Below are positions 31,213 through 42,225 of a stretch of DNA of 64,000 nt, in pieces. The first letter of the stretch is position 1. Every line of letters begins with the position of its first letter. The notes under the pieces are model-generated. The model was not told the origin of the DNA and made no database searches. It worked only from the letters and a program-made list of their open reading frames with translations. The position numbers and the translations under genes were made by a program. The stretch comes from Bacillota bacterium (lineage in GTDB: Bacteria > Bacillota_I > Bacilli_A > RFN20 > CAG-288): NCBI GenBank assembly GCA_036830315.1, contig DAISOU010000001.1, forward strand, positions 14,437 to 78,436, given 5' to 3'.

Positions 31213-33594
31213 TTATTCGACTTCAACAGTGCAAGAAGTATTTCCGAAAGAAGAAGAAAGATCAATATTTATCGTGCCCTTGGAAGAAGGTTTTACAATC
31301 ATCAGACATTCTCCAAAATAGGTATCGGATTTATTGTTGTCGGCATAATTCATTTTATAATAAGAACAGCCGGAACCAAATCCCAGAAGTTCGCCGTTTT
31401 CAATCTTTGTCGCTTCGATTATCGCTCTTTCTTCTGGGCGAGTCTTCAATTCATCGTCAGCTAAACGGATACGAATATAAGCTAAGTCATTTTTTCTGAT
31501 CTTGGGGTTTTCAGAGGTGGCGACAAGTCTTGTCTTTCCTTTGCCAGTCGTCAGAGAAGTCCTAGCAATTTCTTTGTTGTCTTCATCATAGCCGATAGCC
31601 AGAACTTCTCCATTATGGTAGCGGGTATCAAAAGTGAACAGACAGTTCTTTTTGAACTTCTTCGTTCCGACTTTCTTTGAATTGACAAAGAGAGATACCT
31701 TCTTAGCACGGCTATATACTTCAACTTGGGTTTTCAGGCCCTCGTCTTCAGGATAATTCCAGCTGTTTTCAGCACGGCTCATCTTCCAGGCGGAAGCGGA
31801 GTACTTCATCTTGTAGTGTCGGGGTGGAATTACTCCGATGGCGATCTTCTGTTTTTCGAAAGCTACCCTGGTATAAGCCATCTCAGAGAGTTCTTTGCCA
31901 GTGATATCGATTCTTCCTGAGCCAGCAGTGACCCAGCCAACCAGATGACTGAAATCATTGTCACAGTAAGATTCATCAGTCCAAGAGCCAATGCCTACTT
32001 CTCCAAGATAATCAAATCCGGCCCAGACAAAATCACCGATTATGCGCTTGTTTTTCTTAGCCATCTCATAGAAATCATAGGCGTCATCACAAAAGGTCTC
32101 ACTTCCCAAAATCAAACGGTTAGGATACTGGCGGATATCGTGTTTATATCTTTTGATTCCGTAATTGTATCCGGCAATATCCATGTTGGCGAAAGCGTCT
32201 CTGGTCTTGACGTCAGACCCGTGAAGGCTGGCTCCCATCTTCATGAAACCGGCGCCGGCTATCGTCGTAAGCTTGTTGAAGAATTCGCTCCCGACAGATT
32301 TTTTCTTTTCTTTGGCTTTCTTTTCAGAATCTTTGTCAGCTTTCTTATCAGAATATATTCCGAATCCGATGGAAGAGAGGAAATTGAAGAAGATATTAAT
32401 TCCGCAGGTCACCGGTCTTGTTCCATCAAGACGATGAAGTTCTTCGGTCAGAGTCTTAGTAAAGGCTATGCCTTTGCTCTGACTGGTTTCACTGACTTCA
32501 TTACCGGTGGAATACATGATCACCGAAGGATGGTTATAGTCTTTGTCAACCATCTCCTTCAAATCAGAGCGGTAGTTTTTCATCACATAGGTTGAGTAAT
32601 CATACTTGGTCTTATGGATATACCAGCAGTCGACATATTCATCAAGGACCAGCATTCCTAAACGGTCACAGGCATCAAGAAGAGCTTTGCTGCAGGGGTT
32701 ATGAGCGCTTCTGATAGCGTTATAGCCGGCTTCTTTGAGAATGCGTATTTTTCTCTCTTCGGCAAAAGGATAGGCGCAGGCTCCTAGAAGACCGTTGTCG
32801 TGATGGATACAGGCTCCTTTGATTATTGTTCTCTTTCCATTGATCAAAAGACCTTCCTGTCCATACTCTATCTTTCTGATGCCAAAGGGAATAAGACGGA
32901 CATCATCGTAAAACCGTATTTTGAAAGTGTAAAGATAAGGATTGGATTCACTCCAAAGCCTGGCATTTTCAAGTTCGACAGTAACAGAGGAATTTCCGTC
33001 AGTTTCCATATTTGAAGAATAAACAACTTTTTCTTCATTATCTAAGACATCAATAGATATAAGGCCTTTGTCATTTGTCTTTATTTCGGTCTTTATTATG
33101 GCCGGCTGATAACTAATTGTAGTAAGTCTCACTCCATCTATGTCGATGCTCTTTTGCTCAAAGCCGTAGATATAGACATCACGGTAAATTCCCGATCCCG
33201 AATACCAGCGGGAATTAGGCTCTTCTTTATTATGGGCTAACACCTTTATCTGGTTGACGCCGTCTTTTTTTATCAGAGAGGTGATGTCCAGATAAAAATC
33301 TGTATAGCCGTATTCACGTCTGCCGGCTTCCACTCCGTTTACATAAATAACAGGTTCCCGATAGACGCCTTCGAATTCAAGGACGATCTTTTTGTCTTTC
33401 AGGTCTTCGTCAAGTGTGAATTCTTTGACATATTCATAATCAAAGCCTTCAAAATATGAAATGTTGTGTGCGCCTTTGGCATCAATGCTTCTTTTTTCAT
33501 GGATCATGGCATCATGAGGAAGAGTAACAGCCATATATTTTTCTTCTCCGACTCTGCGATAGGCCCAGCCCTCATTGAACAGTTTCTTTATCAT
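31213..33594 (-). CDS. GH2 glycoside hydrolase (beta-galactosidase-like)
   Basis: FEGVY, SRWYSGSGIYRDV, GACIHHDNG, IRSAHNP, TGNE (acid/base), GSET (nucleophile); start reassigned to MIKK after GGAG. Confidence 0.9.
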   Translation of the reverse strand: MIKKLFNEGWAYRRVGEEKYMAVTLPHDAMIHEKRSIDAKGAHNISYFEGFDYEYVKEFTLDEDLKDKKIVLEFEGVYREPVIYVNGVEAGRREYGYTDFYLDITSLIKKDGVNQIKVLAHNKEEPNSRWYSGSGIYRDVYIYGFEQKSIDIDGVRLTTISYQPAIIKTEIKTNDKGLISIDVLDNEEKVVYSSNMETDGNSSVTVELENARLWSESNPYLYTFKIRFYDDVRLIPFGIRKIEYGQEGLLINGKRTIIKGACIHHDNGLLGACAYPFAEERKIRILKEAGYNAIRSAHNPCSKALLDACDRLGMLVLDEYVDCWYIHKTKYDYSTYVMKNYRSDLKEMVDKDYNHPSVIMYSTGNEVSETSQSKGIAFTKTLTEELHRLDGTRPVTCGINIFFNFLSSIGFGIYSDKKADKDSEKKAKEKKKSVGSEFFNKLTTIAGAGFMKMGASLHGSDVKTRDAFANMDIAGYNYGIKRYKHDIRQYPNRLILGSETFCDDAYDFYEMAKKNKRIIGDFVWAGFDYLGEVGIGSWTDESYCDNDFSHLVGWVTAGSGRIDITGKELSEMAYTRVAFEKQKIAIGVIPPRHYKMKYSASAWKMSRAENSWNYPEDEGLKTQVEVYSRAKKVSLFVNSKKVGTKKFKKNCLFTFDTRYHNGEVLAIGYDEDNKEIARTSLTTGKGKTRLVATSENPKIRKNDLAYIRIRLADDELKTRPEERAIIEATKIENGELLGFGSGCSYYKMNYADNNKSDTYFGECLMIVKPSSKGTINIDLSSSFGNTSCTVEVE

Positions 33595-33715
33595 GTTTGT
33601 CAGTCTCCGTAAACAATAATAGCAAAAAGCCCTTACACTGGCATTACTTTTGCCATTTTTTGTCGAATTTTGTACATACTTTGCACTAGTCACCATTCTT
33701 CTATTGCTTTACAAT

Positions 33716-34870
33716 ATGGTTATGAAAAAAGAGACCACTAACATTACTACTTATGTAAATGAGGAATTCCGCCCTTTTTCTGTTCTTCCTCTATCCGAAG
33801 TGGACTTGGCCTGTTTTGCCAAACTCAGCTATTTCAATTTTGGAGTTTTCCTTCCAGATTTCAATTCTGAGAGAACTCTGGTTTCTTTTTATCAGCTCAA
33901 TAAGATTAGTTCGTTTCTAGACATACCCGGCAAAAATGATGAAGATCGAGACTTCGTATTAGGAATGATTGGCAATCCCCGTTTTCAGAATATCAAAGTA
34001 TTCGGTTTCCGTTCCGTCTTTTCCAAAGAGGAAACGGAACAGTTTGCTGCTGTATCTTTTCAATTGGAAGACTCGAGAATAATCCTAGCCTTTAGGGGAA
34101 CCGATTCTAGCTGGGTAGGATGGAAAGAAGATTTTGAGATGGCAACTAAAGCCCCCATACCAGCTCAAACCAGGGCCTCTCTATACTTGAATGATATCTT
34201 CAGAAAATTTCGGTTCAAAAAGAATCGTTTCACTTTAGTCGGTCATTCAAAAGGAGGCAATCTCGCCTTCTATTCTTATCTCACCTTCAAAGAGAAATTT
34301 AAGAAGAGAATCGACCAGGTAGTGTCTCTGGATGGCCCGGGTCTCAATCAAGATCTTCGCCGAAAGCTATCTTATCAGGACAATCGTGCAAAACTTTATA
34401 AACTAGTTCCGGAAGAATCGATAATAGGACAGATTTATGATACAGACTATAAAGCCCATATTATCCAGTCTGATGCAGTTTTGCTCTTGCAGCACTCTTT
34501 GTACAGCTGGAAAGTTGTCAATGACAGTTTTCTCACTGGCGTAATGAAAGATTCAGTTGCACAGACTGCTAAAACTCTCAATGATTGGATCGAACAGTCT
34601 TCAGGCGATGAGAAGGACCTTCTAATAGAGACCCTCTTCTCCCTGGTTTCTGGAACCGACATCAAAACCATGGCTGACCTTGGCCGTCACAAGATCCAGT
34701 CTTTCTTTAAAATCTACAAGCAGATTCAAAAGCTCGATCCTAAAACTAAGAAGGCTTTTACTTCTCTTCTCAAAAAGACTTACAGATATTTCAAGGACTT
34801 CAGCAAAGTACGTCCTGAAAGTGATATTGACGAAGACCGTTTTCTCTCTGATTCCAGAGAGACAGATTAA
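33716..34870 (+). CDS. DUF2974/Mbeg1-like alpha/beta hydrolase (lipase-like)
   Basis: FSVLPLSEVDLACFAKLSY, AFRGTD..WVGWKEDF, GHSKGG, DGPG. Confidence 0.85.
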   Translation: MVMKKETTNITTYVNEEFRPFSVLPLSEVDLACFAKLSYFNFGVFLPDFNSERTLVSFYQLNKISSFLDIPGKNDEDRDFVLGMIGNPRFQNIKVFGFRSVFSKEETEQFAAVSFQLEDSRIILAFRGTDSSWVGWKEDFEMATKAPIPAQTRASLYLNDIFRKFRFKKNRFTLVGHSKGGNLAFYSYLTFKEKFKKRIDQVVSLDGPGLNQDLRRKLSYQDNRAKLYKLVPEESIIGQIYDTDYKAHIIQSDAVLLLQHSLYSWKVVNDSFLTGVMKDSVAQTAKTLNDWIEQSSGDEKDLLIETLFSLVSGTDIKTMADLGRHKIQSFFKIYKQIQKLDPKTKKAFTSLLKKTYRYFKDFSKVRPESDIDEDRFLSDSRETD

Positions 34871-34873
34871 AAC

Positions 34874-36586
34874 TCAGTTTGTCTTGATAATGAATTCACT
34901 CCCCTGTCCGAAAACAGAATTTACTTTGATCTGATACCCGTATAATTCACAGGTATGTCTGACAATAGCAAGACCTAAGCCGGTCCCTTCGACGTTGTCT
35001 TTTCCGCGGGAATTGTCAACCCGGTAAAATCTTTCAAATATCCGCGATAGGTTTTCTTCCTTGATGCCGATTCCAGTATCACTGACCGATATTTCCCTTT
35101 TTTCCTTATCCATCTTAATCACGATACTTCCGCCTTCTTTGTTGTATTTGACGGCATTGGAAATCAGATTGCTGAAGAGCTTATCTAAGTCTTTTCTGTC
35201 AGCCTTCAACTGATAATCAGTCAATTCGGCTTTTAAGGCTATTTTCTTTTCTCTCATCGGCGGAAGCTGACCGTCTAAAGCTAGTTTTATTGAATCTCTG
35301 GCATTTATGTTCTCCACATTCCTGCCTTCTTTGTTTTCCAAAGTATTGATAGTCAGCATATCGGCGATGATGTCTTTCATTCTCTTGGCTTCAAAGATGG
35401 TCTTTTTAATCGCCTCTTCTTTATCTTCTTCAGAACTCAGTATGCCTTCCTCTATCATCTGCAGATAACCGATAATTGAAGTAAGAGGGGACTTGAGTTC
35501 GTGGCTGGCATTGCTGAAGAAATCATTCTTGGTCTTAGCAAGATTTCTCTCATTGGTCACTTCCATCAAGAGGATGGCAAGACCGGATATTGAGCTGTCA
35601 TCCAGAGGATATGATAGAGGCATGATACTGACTTTATAGATCAGCCCCTGTCTTTCATAATCAAACGAAAGGTTATCTTCCTTGGTTTTGATGCAAAGTT
35701 CAATCTTATTCTGAAATTCTTTGTTTAAGACTAAGACATCAAATCTTTTATTAATGACATCTTTTTCCTCATATCCGAAAATAGAGCCGGCTTTTTTATT
35801 GAAAAGAACTATTTCACCCTCACCGGACAAAGCCATGAACCCTTGAGAAATAGAATCGAGAATCATCTGAGTTTTGGCTCTTTCCCGTTCGAGATCAGTT
35901 ATTTTTCTATCCAAAGAAGAAGAGACTTTGTTTACTGATTCCGTAAGCGTAAACAAGTCGCTTCCGTCATCAAAGGATTCCTTGTTTTCGCCGGCCACAT
36001 AGGAAAGCCTCTGTATCTGCTCTTTCAAAGGCCGGATCGATTTCTTATATTCGTTGACTTTATAAAACACATACATGGTAAGTAAAACTGAAAGTATAAC
36101 CGATCCGTAAATTAGGAAGTTCTTAGATAGCCTAGTGGCCGTGCTTTCCTTGATAGCCACTCTCACATAATAAAGAGGATTCTCCTTGTCCTTAATAGCT
36201 TTATAGATCATCGAATAGCCATAGCTGGATTTTCTGGTCACCTCTTTGTCAAGGTTAACAGCTTCCAGTTCATCGGCTTTCTCAGTCGACTCATAAAGAC
36301 CTTGCGAATCATAGACTATCGTATAATCGCTATCGCTTTCACGAGTAATGATGCTGACACGTATTTTGCTGTTTTCATCACCTTTGAAACTGTCAACGGT
36401 CTTTTCACCCGTGACCTTTGCATCAGTTCCGACAAATATGCTTTCGGCGACCTGCAAGTCAGTTGAAAGCTCTTCGCCGGTATTGCTTTGGCTGGTGAAG
36501 AAGACCACTAAAAAGAATGAGACAAAAAGTAAAAGAAAGCTCGTGCAGAAAGCGATTATCTCACCGATGTATCTTTTCTGACTCAT
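34874..36586 (-). CDS. phoR: Phosphate-regulon sensor histidine kinase (PAS-HisKA-HATPase)
   Basis: Two TMs, PAS, ASHELKSPL H-box, NLISNAVKY, DTGIG, GTGLGL; in pst-phoU operon. Confidence 0.85.
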   Translation of the reverse strand: MSQKRYIGEIIAFCTSFLLLFVSFFLVVFFTSQSNTGEELSTDLQVAESIFVGTDAKVTGEKTVDSFKGDENSKIRVSIITRESDSDYTIVYDSQGLYESTEKADELEAVNLDKEVTRKSSYGYSMIYKAIKDKENPLYYVRVAIKESTATRLSKNFLIYGSVILSVLLTMYVFYKVNEYKKSIRPLKEQIQRLSYVAGENKESFDDGSDLFTLTESVNKVSSSLDRKITDLERERAKTQMILDSISQGFMALSGEGEIVLFNKKAGSIFGYEEKDVINKRFDVLVLNKEFQNKIELCIKTKEDNLSFDYERQGLIYKVSIMPLSYPLDDSSISGLAILLMEVTNERNLAKTKNDFFSNASHELKSPLTSIIGYLQMIEEGILSSEEDKEEAIKKTIFEAKRMKDIIADMLTINTLENKEGRNVENINARDSIKLALDGQLPPMREKKIALKAELTDYQLKADRKDLDKLFSNLISNAVKYNKEGGSIVIKMDKEKREISVSDTGIGIKEENLSRIFERFYRVDNSRGKDNVEGTGLGLAIVRHTCELYGYQIKVNSVFGQGSEFIIKTN

Positions 36587-37251
36587 AAGACAAAGCGATA
36601 GCCGATTCCGTAGACAGCGACTATCTTTTTCCCTTCTTCACCTAATTTTGATCTCAATGAATTGATATGAACATCGATAGTTCTAGACTCACAGGCCTGA
36701 CTGTCTCCCCAGAGCTTGGAAAGAAGTTCATCCCGACTGACTACCTGATTGTTTTTCTTCATCAGAGTAAAGAGAATTGTGAATTCGGCATTAGTGAGAC
36801 TTATCTCTTTATCATGTATCTGACAGATATGTTTTCTGTTGTCGATTCTGAGGTTTCCAGACTCCACCACCTGTTGGTTTTCATAGCGGCGGAACTTGGC
36901 AGAGACTCTTGATATCAGTTCTAAGATATCAAAGGGCTTTTCAAGATAATCATCAGCCCCCAGGTCAAGACCGTCTACTTTGTCGATGATCTGATTTTTG
37001 GCTGAGACGATCATGATCTGCATTTCATCATTAGTTTTGTCGGAACGGATCTTTCTAATGATGTCAAAGCCGTTATAGTCAGGAAGCATCAGGTCCAAAA
37101 GAAGAAGATCGGGTTTTTTCTCTTTCATCTTAGTCAGAAAAAGAGAGCCGGTAGAAAAAGTCTCCACCGTATATCCTTGTTTAGTCAAAGTCAGATTGAT
37201 GATTCTGGCGATGTCAGAATCATCTTCGACAGAATAAATCAGGTATGACAT
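36583..37251 (-). CDS. phoP: OmpR-family response regulator PhoP/PhoB
   Basis: VEDD, LDLMLP, GADDYLEKPF, RTIDVHI.SLR.KL. Confidence 0.85.
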   Translation of the reverse strand: MSYLIYSVEDDSDIARIINLTLTKQGYTVETFSTGSLFLTKMKEKKPDLLLLDLMLPDYNGFDIIRKIRSDKTNDEMQIMIVSAKNQIIDKVDGLDLGADDYLEKPFDILELISRVSAKFRRYENQQVVESGNLRIDNRKHICQIHDKEISLTNAEFTILFTLMKKNNQVVSRDELLSKLWGDSQACESRTIDVHINSLRSKLGEEGKKIVAVYGIGYRFVL

Positions 37252-37284
37252 ATTGGTTTATCTCTTTTCTTTCACTCTACTATT

Positions 37285-37935
37285 TTAAATTATCACCTTG
37301 TCTTTGTGGTATCCGTTTATCATATATATCACCCATTCGGCAATATTTGTCGCCTCATCTCCGATTCTTTCGAGGAATTTGTCAATGTGGATCTGATAGA
37401 TGGAATTAAGAGAGGTTATTTCTTTTTTATCAGCTAAGACTGCCAATAATCCGACAATCTGCCAATATTTCTTATCGGCATTGTCATCTTCGCTGATGAC
37501 ATTCATTGCCAAAGTCTCATCCATAGTCACAAAAGAAGTCATGCTTTCCTTGATCATGGAATTGACAATGCAGATGAGCTCTTCTATTTCGCTGATCTTA
37601 TCTAAATCATGGAGTTTCTTGATGTCATCGCTCATCCATTTGATATCAAAGGCGTGGTCGCTGATTCTTTCGATATCCTGAATCATCTTTAAGCCACCAG
37701 TTACTTTTCTCAAGTCGGCGGAGTAGATTTTTTCTTTCAGCATCACCTGCATGCAAAGAGATTCTATTTCTCTTTCCAGGGCATTGATTTCATCATCGTC
37801 TATTACGATTTTCTCATCATATCCAGAATCTGAAAGATAATATGAGAAGGCAATGCGACAGTTTTCTATCGACTTTGAAAGCATCTGATAGATCTTCTCA
37901 TTGATGCGATTTATCTCTTCATCAAGTTTATACAT
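37285..37935 (-). CDS. phoU: Phosphate transport system regulator PhoU
   Basis: DDEINALE, DIERISDHA, FLERIGDEATNIAE. Confidence 0.93.
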   Translation of the reverse strand: MYKLDEEINRINEKIYQMLSKSIENCRIAFSYYLSDSGYDEKIVIDDDEINALEREIESLCMQVMLKEKIYSADLRKVTGGLKMIQDIERISDHAFDIKWMSDDIKKLHDLDKISEIEELICIVNSMIKESMTSFVTMDETLAMNVISEDDNADKKYWQIVGLLAVLADKKEITSLNSIYQIHIDKFLERIGDEATNIAEWVIYMINGYHKDKVII

Positions 37936-37952
37936 AAATTTACTCTCCTCTT

Positions 37953-38750
37953 TTAACTGAATCTTCCGGTTATATAATCGTTTGACTCCTTCTCTTTAGG
38001 ATGAGAGAAGAAGTTCTCGGTCTGATTGAATTCAACTAGCCTTCCTAGCATGAAGAAGGCAGTATAGTCACTGATTCTTGTCGCCTGCTGCATATTGTGA
38101 GTGACGATGACAATGGTGTAGTTTTTCTTGAGATTGTTCATGAGTTCTTCAATCTTTGAAGTAGCGATAGGATCTAAAGCCGAGGTCGGTTCATCCATCA
38201 GGATGACATCCGGTCTCATAGCCAGACATCTGGCTATGCATAATCTCTGCTGCTGTCCCCCTGAGAGAGAAAGACCATTAGTCTTCAGCCTGTCTTTGAC
38301 TTCTTCAAAGAGAGCAGCTTCCTTAAGTGATTTCTCTACGATCTCATCAAGTTCCTGTCTTTTTTTGATACCCTGAAGACGAGGTCCATAAACGATGTTT
38401 TCATAAATTGACATAGGGAAAGGATTAGGCTGCTGGAAGACCATTCCTACTTTGGTTCTCAGGTAGATAGGATTCATCTCTCGGATATTCTTTCCTAAGA
38501 AGGTGATGTCACCGATTATCCTGCAGTCATCAATTAAGTCATTCATCCGATTAAGGCAGCGTAAGAATGTTGATTTGCCGCATCCTGAAGGGCCGATCAA
38601 TGCTGTGACCTGGTTTTTGAATATCTTCATGTCGATATCAGTCAGAGCCTGTTTCTTCCCATAATATAGATTCAGTTTATCTGCTTTAAAGACGATTTCA
38701 TTTAGATTGTTCTTCAAAGCGTCATTTGTCAATTCATCCGTTATATCCAT
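37953..38750 (-). CDS. pstB: Phosphate ABC transporter ATPase
   Basis: [36 protein letters not shown]. Confidence 0.96.
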   Translation of the reverse strand: MDITDELTNDALKNNLNEIVFKADKLNLYYGKKQALTDIDMKIFKNQVTALIGPSGCGKSTFLRCLNRMNDLIDDCRIIGDITFLGKNIREMNPIYLRTKVGMVFQQPNPFPMSIYENIVYGPRLQGIKKRQELDEIVEKSLKEAALFEEVKDRLKTNGLSLSGGQQQRLCIARCLAMRPDVILMDEPTSALDPIATSKIEELMNNLKKNYTIVIVTHNMQQATRISDYTAFFMLGRLVEFNQTENFFSHPKEKESNDYITGRFS

Positions 38751-38752
38751 AA

Positions 38753-40018
38753 TTATTTTCCTTTCTGGAACCTGGTAAAGCGACTGGAAACTATCTTTAT
38801 CAGAATACTTAGAACCAAGATCACAAACAGTATCACGATTGATACGGCACAGCTGGCTTCGATGTTCTGGCTGTCACCTGACATCAGAGACCAGATATGG
38901 ACAGCTAAAGTCGCACTGCCTTTAGTTGGGATAATATAATCCTGGATTGAAGCCCCGGAAGTGTAAATCAAGGCTGCCGACTCTCCGATAACCCGACCTA
39001 TTCCTAAAAGTGCCGAAGTCAGAATACCCGGGAGCGCATTAGGAATCACAATCTTAAAAGCAGTCTCGGTTTCGCTGGCTCCCAAAGCCAAAGAGGCCAA
39101 GGACATGCTTTTAGGAATAGTCCTTATAGATTCTTCCGTTGACTTGATGATGATAGGAAGAATCATACAGGCCAGAGTCAAAGAACCGGATATGAGATTT
39201 CCTTTTCCGCCGACAAAAGGGAGAAAAATTACACCGCCTACTAAACCGAAGATTATGGAGGGAATTCCCGTTATCATATCGATCATGTTTCTCAGAAATT
39301 TTGATAACCGATTGACAGTCTTTCCCATCTTGTCGGAAAAAACACCTAAAAACAAAGCCGCCAGGATACCTAGTGGCAAAGCGATAGACATCGTTATCAG
39401 AATCATATAGAGAGTAGAAATCAGAGAACCTCTGATTCCTCCTCCGCCATAGGACAAAGTCATGACTTTCAGGTAATCGCAGGAATCAAACCCTTTTTCA
39501 AATGCCAAAGCTCCGTCAGAGGAAGAAAGAACTACGACTGAGGCTGTCTCTTTGTCATCAGTCGTCCAAAGCTGTACCGAAGAGACTGTCAGTCCTTCCC
39601 TGATTGAAAAAGGAGTAGAATCCGAACTATCAATCCAATTATTAGTATTAGAATTGCTATCTACATAACTTATTGAGACTATCGGAAGGCCTTCATTGTC
39701 TTTTTCATCTTTGAAGGCGATTCCCCACCTGGATGAGAAGTGTTCGTCTTCTCCCTCTTCATAGGAAAACTCATTAGAGCTTTTGATGATTTCCATATTG
39801 GTCTCGACATTATAGACAACACTTTGATAATCTCCGAATAAGAAATCCAAACTCAGAGTTGAATAACCTTTTGAAAAAACAAAAATGACAATAGCAATCA
39901 ATGCCATGATTGAAAAGGAAGAAAACAGATAAGTGGAAGCTGTTCTCAATATGTCTTTCAGTTTCAGAGATATCTTTCTCTTCATATTGACTGATAAAGA
40001 AGAGTTATCACCTGACAT
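38753..40018 (-). CDS. pstA: Phosphate ABC transporter permease PstA
   Basis: [25 protein letters not shown]; long extracytoplasmic loop after TM1. Confidence 0.92.
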   Translation of the reverse strand: MSGDNSSLSVNMKRKISLKLKDILRTASTYLFSSFSIMALIAIVIFVFSKGYSTLSLDFLFGDYQSVVYNVETNMEIIKSSNEFSYEEGEDEHFSSRWGIAFKDEKDNEGLPIVSISYVDSNSNTNNWIDSSDSTPFSIREGLTVSSVQLWTTDDKETASVVVLSSSDGALAFEKGFDSCDYLKVMTLSYGGGGIRGSLISTLYMILITMSIALPLGILAALFLGVFSDKMGKTVNRLSKFLRNMIDMITGIPSIIFGLVGGVIFLPFVGGKGNLISGSLTLACMILPIIIKSTEESIRTIPKSMSLASLALGASETETAFKIVIPNALPGILTSALLGIGRVIGESAALIYTSGASIQDYIIPTKGSATLAVHIWSLMSGDSQNIEASCAVSIVILFVILVLSILIKIVSSRFTRFQKGK

Positions 40019-41087
40019 AATTCTTAATTCTCGCTTTCAGTTTGGAAGAATACTGTCTAATAAATAGATAAGCTCTTGTTATCATCAAAGGCTTAGACTC
40101 CGCATCAGAAACGTGATTCTTGATATCGTTGAGAACAAGATTAGTAACTATGATTATCAGCATCAGAGCAATCCCGGCTGAAAACCTTATGTCATAATTC
40201 AAGGAATCAGGTATGCATTCTCCAAGAGAAAGAAGCATCTGACTGGTCAAAGTCACTGTAGGATCAAATAATCCCGTCGTTATTCCGTAAGTCGGAGAAC
40301 CACAGACCATCGATATGGCAGTCGCTTCTCCTAAGGCTCTTCCAAGACCTAAGATAATTCCGGCAAAAATACCGGACTTAGCGCTTCTGAGGCAAATCTT
40401 GAAATTAGTCTCAGCCTTACTCGCCCCTAAAGCCAAAGAACCTTTTATCAGGTTTTCGTCAACAGCTTTAAGAGCTGTAACCGCTACTGAAATCATAGTT
40501 GGCATTGACATCAAAGCCAAAATAATGGCCCCTGATAAAAGAGAGATACCAGAAGAAGAACTGTTTCCGAACACGTTTCTAGCCAAAGACTTAATCAGGG
40601 GAACAATCACGCCGACTCCGAAAACACCATAAATAACTGAAGGAATGGCTGCCAAAAGATCCACACCCGATTGGATTATCCTGGCTAAGAATTTCGGAGC
40701 TACATGAGATATGAATAAAGCCGTCAGAATTGCTGTCGGGACTGAGATAAAGGCGGCTACGAGATTGAGTGAGAGCGTATTGACAACTAGATAAAACACC
40801 CCGTACAGATATTTGCCTAAATCGGCGTCATAGCCGTTATTAAATCGAAGTCCAGTCAGGAAATAGGACAGACTGGCTTTACCTGTTTCCCCGTTTTCAG
40901 TATAGTCCTTGACAAAAGGAAGGACGCCTTTGAAAAGGATGAATACTGTTACGATGATAATCACGGAAGAACAGAGTAAAGTCACTGAAAGAAGAACAAT
41001 TTTGATTATTTTATCTAAATTGTTCTTCCTTTCAAATATTGCTGTATCGCTTTGATTGCTTAAATAACTTATATTATTCATTTTCAT
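40008..41087 (-). CDS. pstC: Phosphate ABC transporter permease PstC
   Basis: LAAIPSVIYG, GSLALGASK, GRALGEATA; start reassigned to MKMNN (the longer ORF overlaps pstS). Confidence 0.9.
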   Translation of the reverse strand: MKMNNISYLSNQSDTAIFERKNNLDKIIKIVLLSVTLLCSSVIIIVTVFILFKGVLPFVKDYTENGETGKASLSYFLTGLRFNNGYDADLGKYLYGVFYLVVNTLSLNLVAAFISVPTAILTALFISHVAPKFLARIIQSGVDLLAAIPSVIYGVFGVGVIVPLIKSLARNVFGNSSSSGISLLSGAIILALMSMPTMISVAVTALKAVDENLIKGSLALGASKAETNFKICLRSAKSGIFAGIILGLGRALGEATAISMVCGSPTYGITTGLFDPTVTLTSQMLLSLGECIPDSLNYDIRFSAGIALMLIIIVTNLVLNDIKNHVSDAESKPLMITRAYLFIRQYSSKLKARIKNYVR

Positions 41088-41115
41088 AAAGGCTAAGCTT
41101 TTGCTTAGCTGAAAA

Positions 41116-42099
41116 TCACTTGATATCAGACCAGACTTCCGAAGTTCCTTCTTTGGAGTAGATAGCAAGGCATTGTTCTCCGGTGATATTCTCAATCGGG
41201 TTTTGATCCTGTACTCCAATAACGATGCCATCGACACAGACTCTTCCATAAGTTCCTTCAGCCAAAGGCTCACTGTCAGTTACTTTGAATTCTCTTGAGG
41301 CAAAGGCAATATCCAAAGAAAGCTTATTAGCTCCCTGAGTAGATTTATAGGCATCTCCGCTTCCGGTATGGTTGTGGTTAGCCTGGAAATTACCGGCTCT
41401 GGTTTTGAAATCTGCGCTTAAGGCCTTAGCTATTTTCTCAACTGAAGTCGAACCGCCGAAGTTGATAGTCACATTGCTATGATCGTCGCCTATTCCATCA
41501 TAAGTGTTCTTGATATCATTCCAGGAGGGAGTAGTTGTCTTGATTTCGACAACACCGCCATTTGATTTGACAGTGGTCAAACCTTCGCTTGTTCCCATAT
41601 AGGCGACAAAGGCACTGACTATCAGTTTCCTGACGGAATCAGTTTCCTGGGCAAAGCAGTAGTTGAAATTTCTGCTTAAGGTATAAGAACCCGAAAGGAT
41701 GTTTTTCTCAGTTGCCTCGATTCCTTCATAAGTCAGAGTCTTTACTCCTAATGCCTTGGCATCGCTTATAGAATCGTGGGAGAAATAACCGATTCCATAT
41801 TCATCAGCCGCAAGCTTCTGAACCATATCTCCGTTAGAGGTTACCTGCTGAACAGTTGTCTTCAAAGACGAATCGTCCTTGCTGGCATTACTTAAGCCGA
41901 TCTTCTGCATGAATCCTTCTCTTGTACCGGAAGTAGTATCTCTGGTATAGGGGACGATCTTCTTAGCTGAGTCAAAGACAACAACAGAAGAACTTCCCTC
42001 AGTTCCACTAGTTACAGAAGAAGTAACTGACTCACCGCATCCTGCTAACAGCATCATTCCTAACAGTCCTAAAGACAGCATACCTTTGTTTCTTTTCAT
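41116..42099 (-). CDS. pstS: Phosphate-binding lipoprotein PstS (lobe order permuted)
   Basis: Lipobox LAGC; TRDTTSGTREGF, GGSTSV, GSGDA, DIAFASRE motifs. Confidence 0.88.
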   Translation of the reverse strand: MKRNKGMLSLGLLGMMLLAGCGESVTSSVTSGTEGSSSVVVFDSAKKIVPYTRDTTSGTREGFMQKIGLSNASKDDSSLKTTVQQVTSNGDMVQKLAADEYGIGYFSHDSISDAKALGVKTLTYEGIEATEKNILSGSYTLSRNFNYCFAQETDSVRKLIVSAFVAYMGTSEGLTTVKSNGGVVEIKTTTPSWNDIKNTYDGIGDDHSNVTINFGGSTSVEKIAKALSADFKTRAGNFQANHNHTGSGDAYKSTQGANKLSLDIAFASREFKVTDSEPLAEGTYGRVCVDGIVIGVQDQNPIENITGEQCLAIYSKEGTSEVWSDIK

Positions 42100-42166
42100 T
42101 TTCTTGGTCCTTTATTTGATACGGGTCAAGTTTAACGGAAAGAAAAACGGGGATAAATCTGGATGC

Positions 42167-42193
42167 TGTTAATAATTGTTAAGAAACGGTAAA
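42167..42193 (-). promoter_or_regulatory. Candidate Pho box upstream of pstS
   Basis: Minus strand TTTACC-N5-TTAACA-N4-TTAACA, matching the Bacillota PhoP repeat TT(A/T/C)ACA. Confidence 0.6.
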
Positions 42194-42225
42194 GAAAAAA
42201 GAACCGGTTTCCCGATTCTTCGTTT

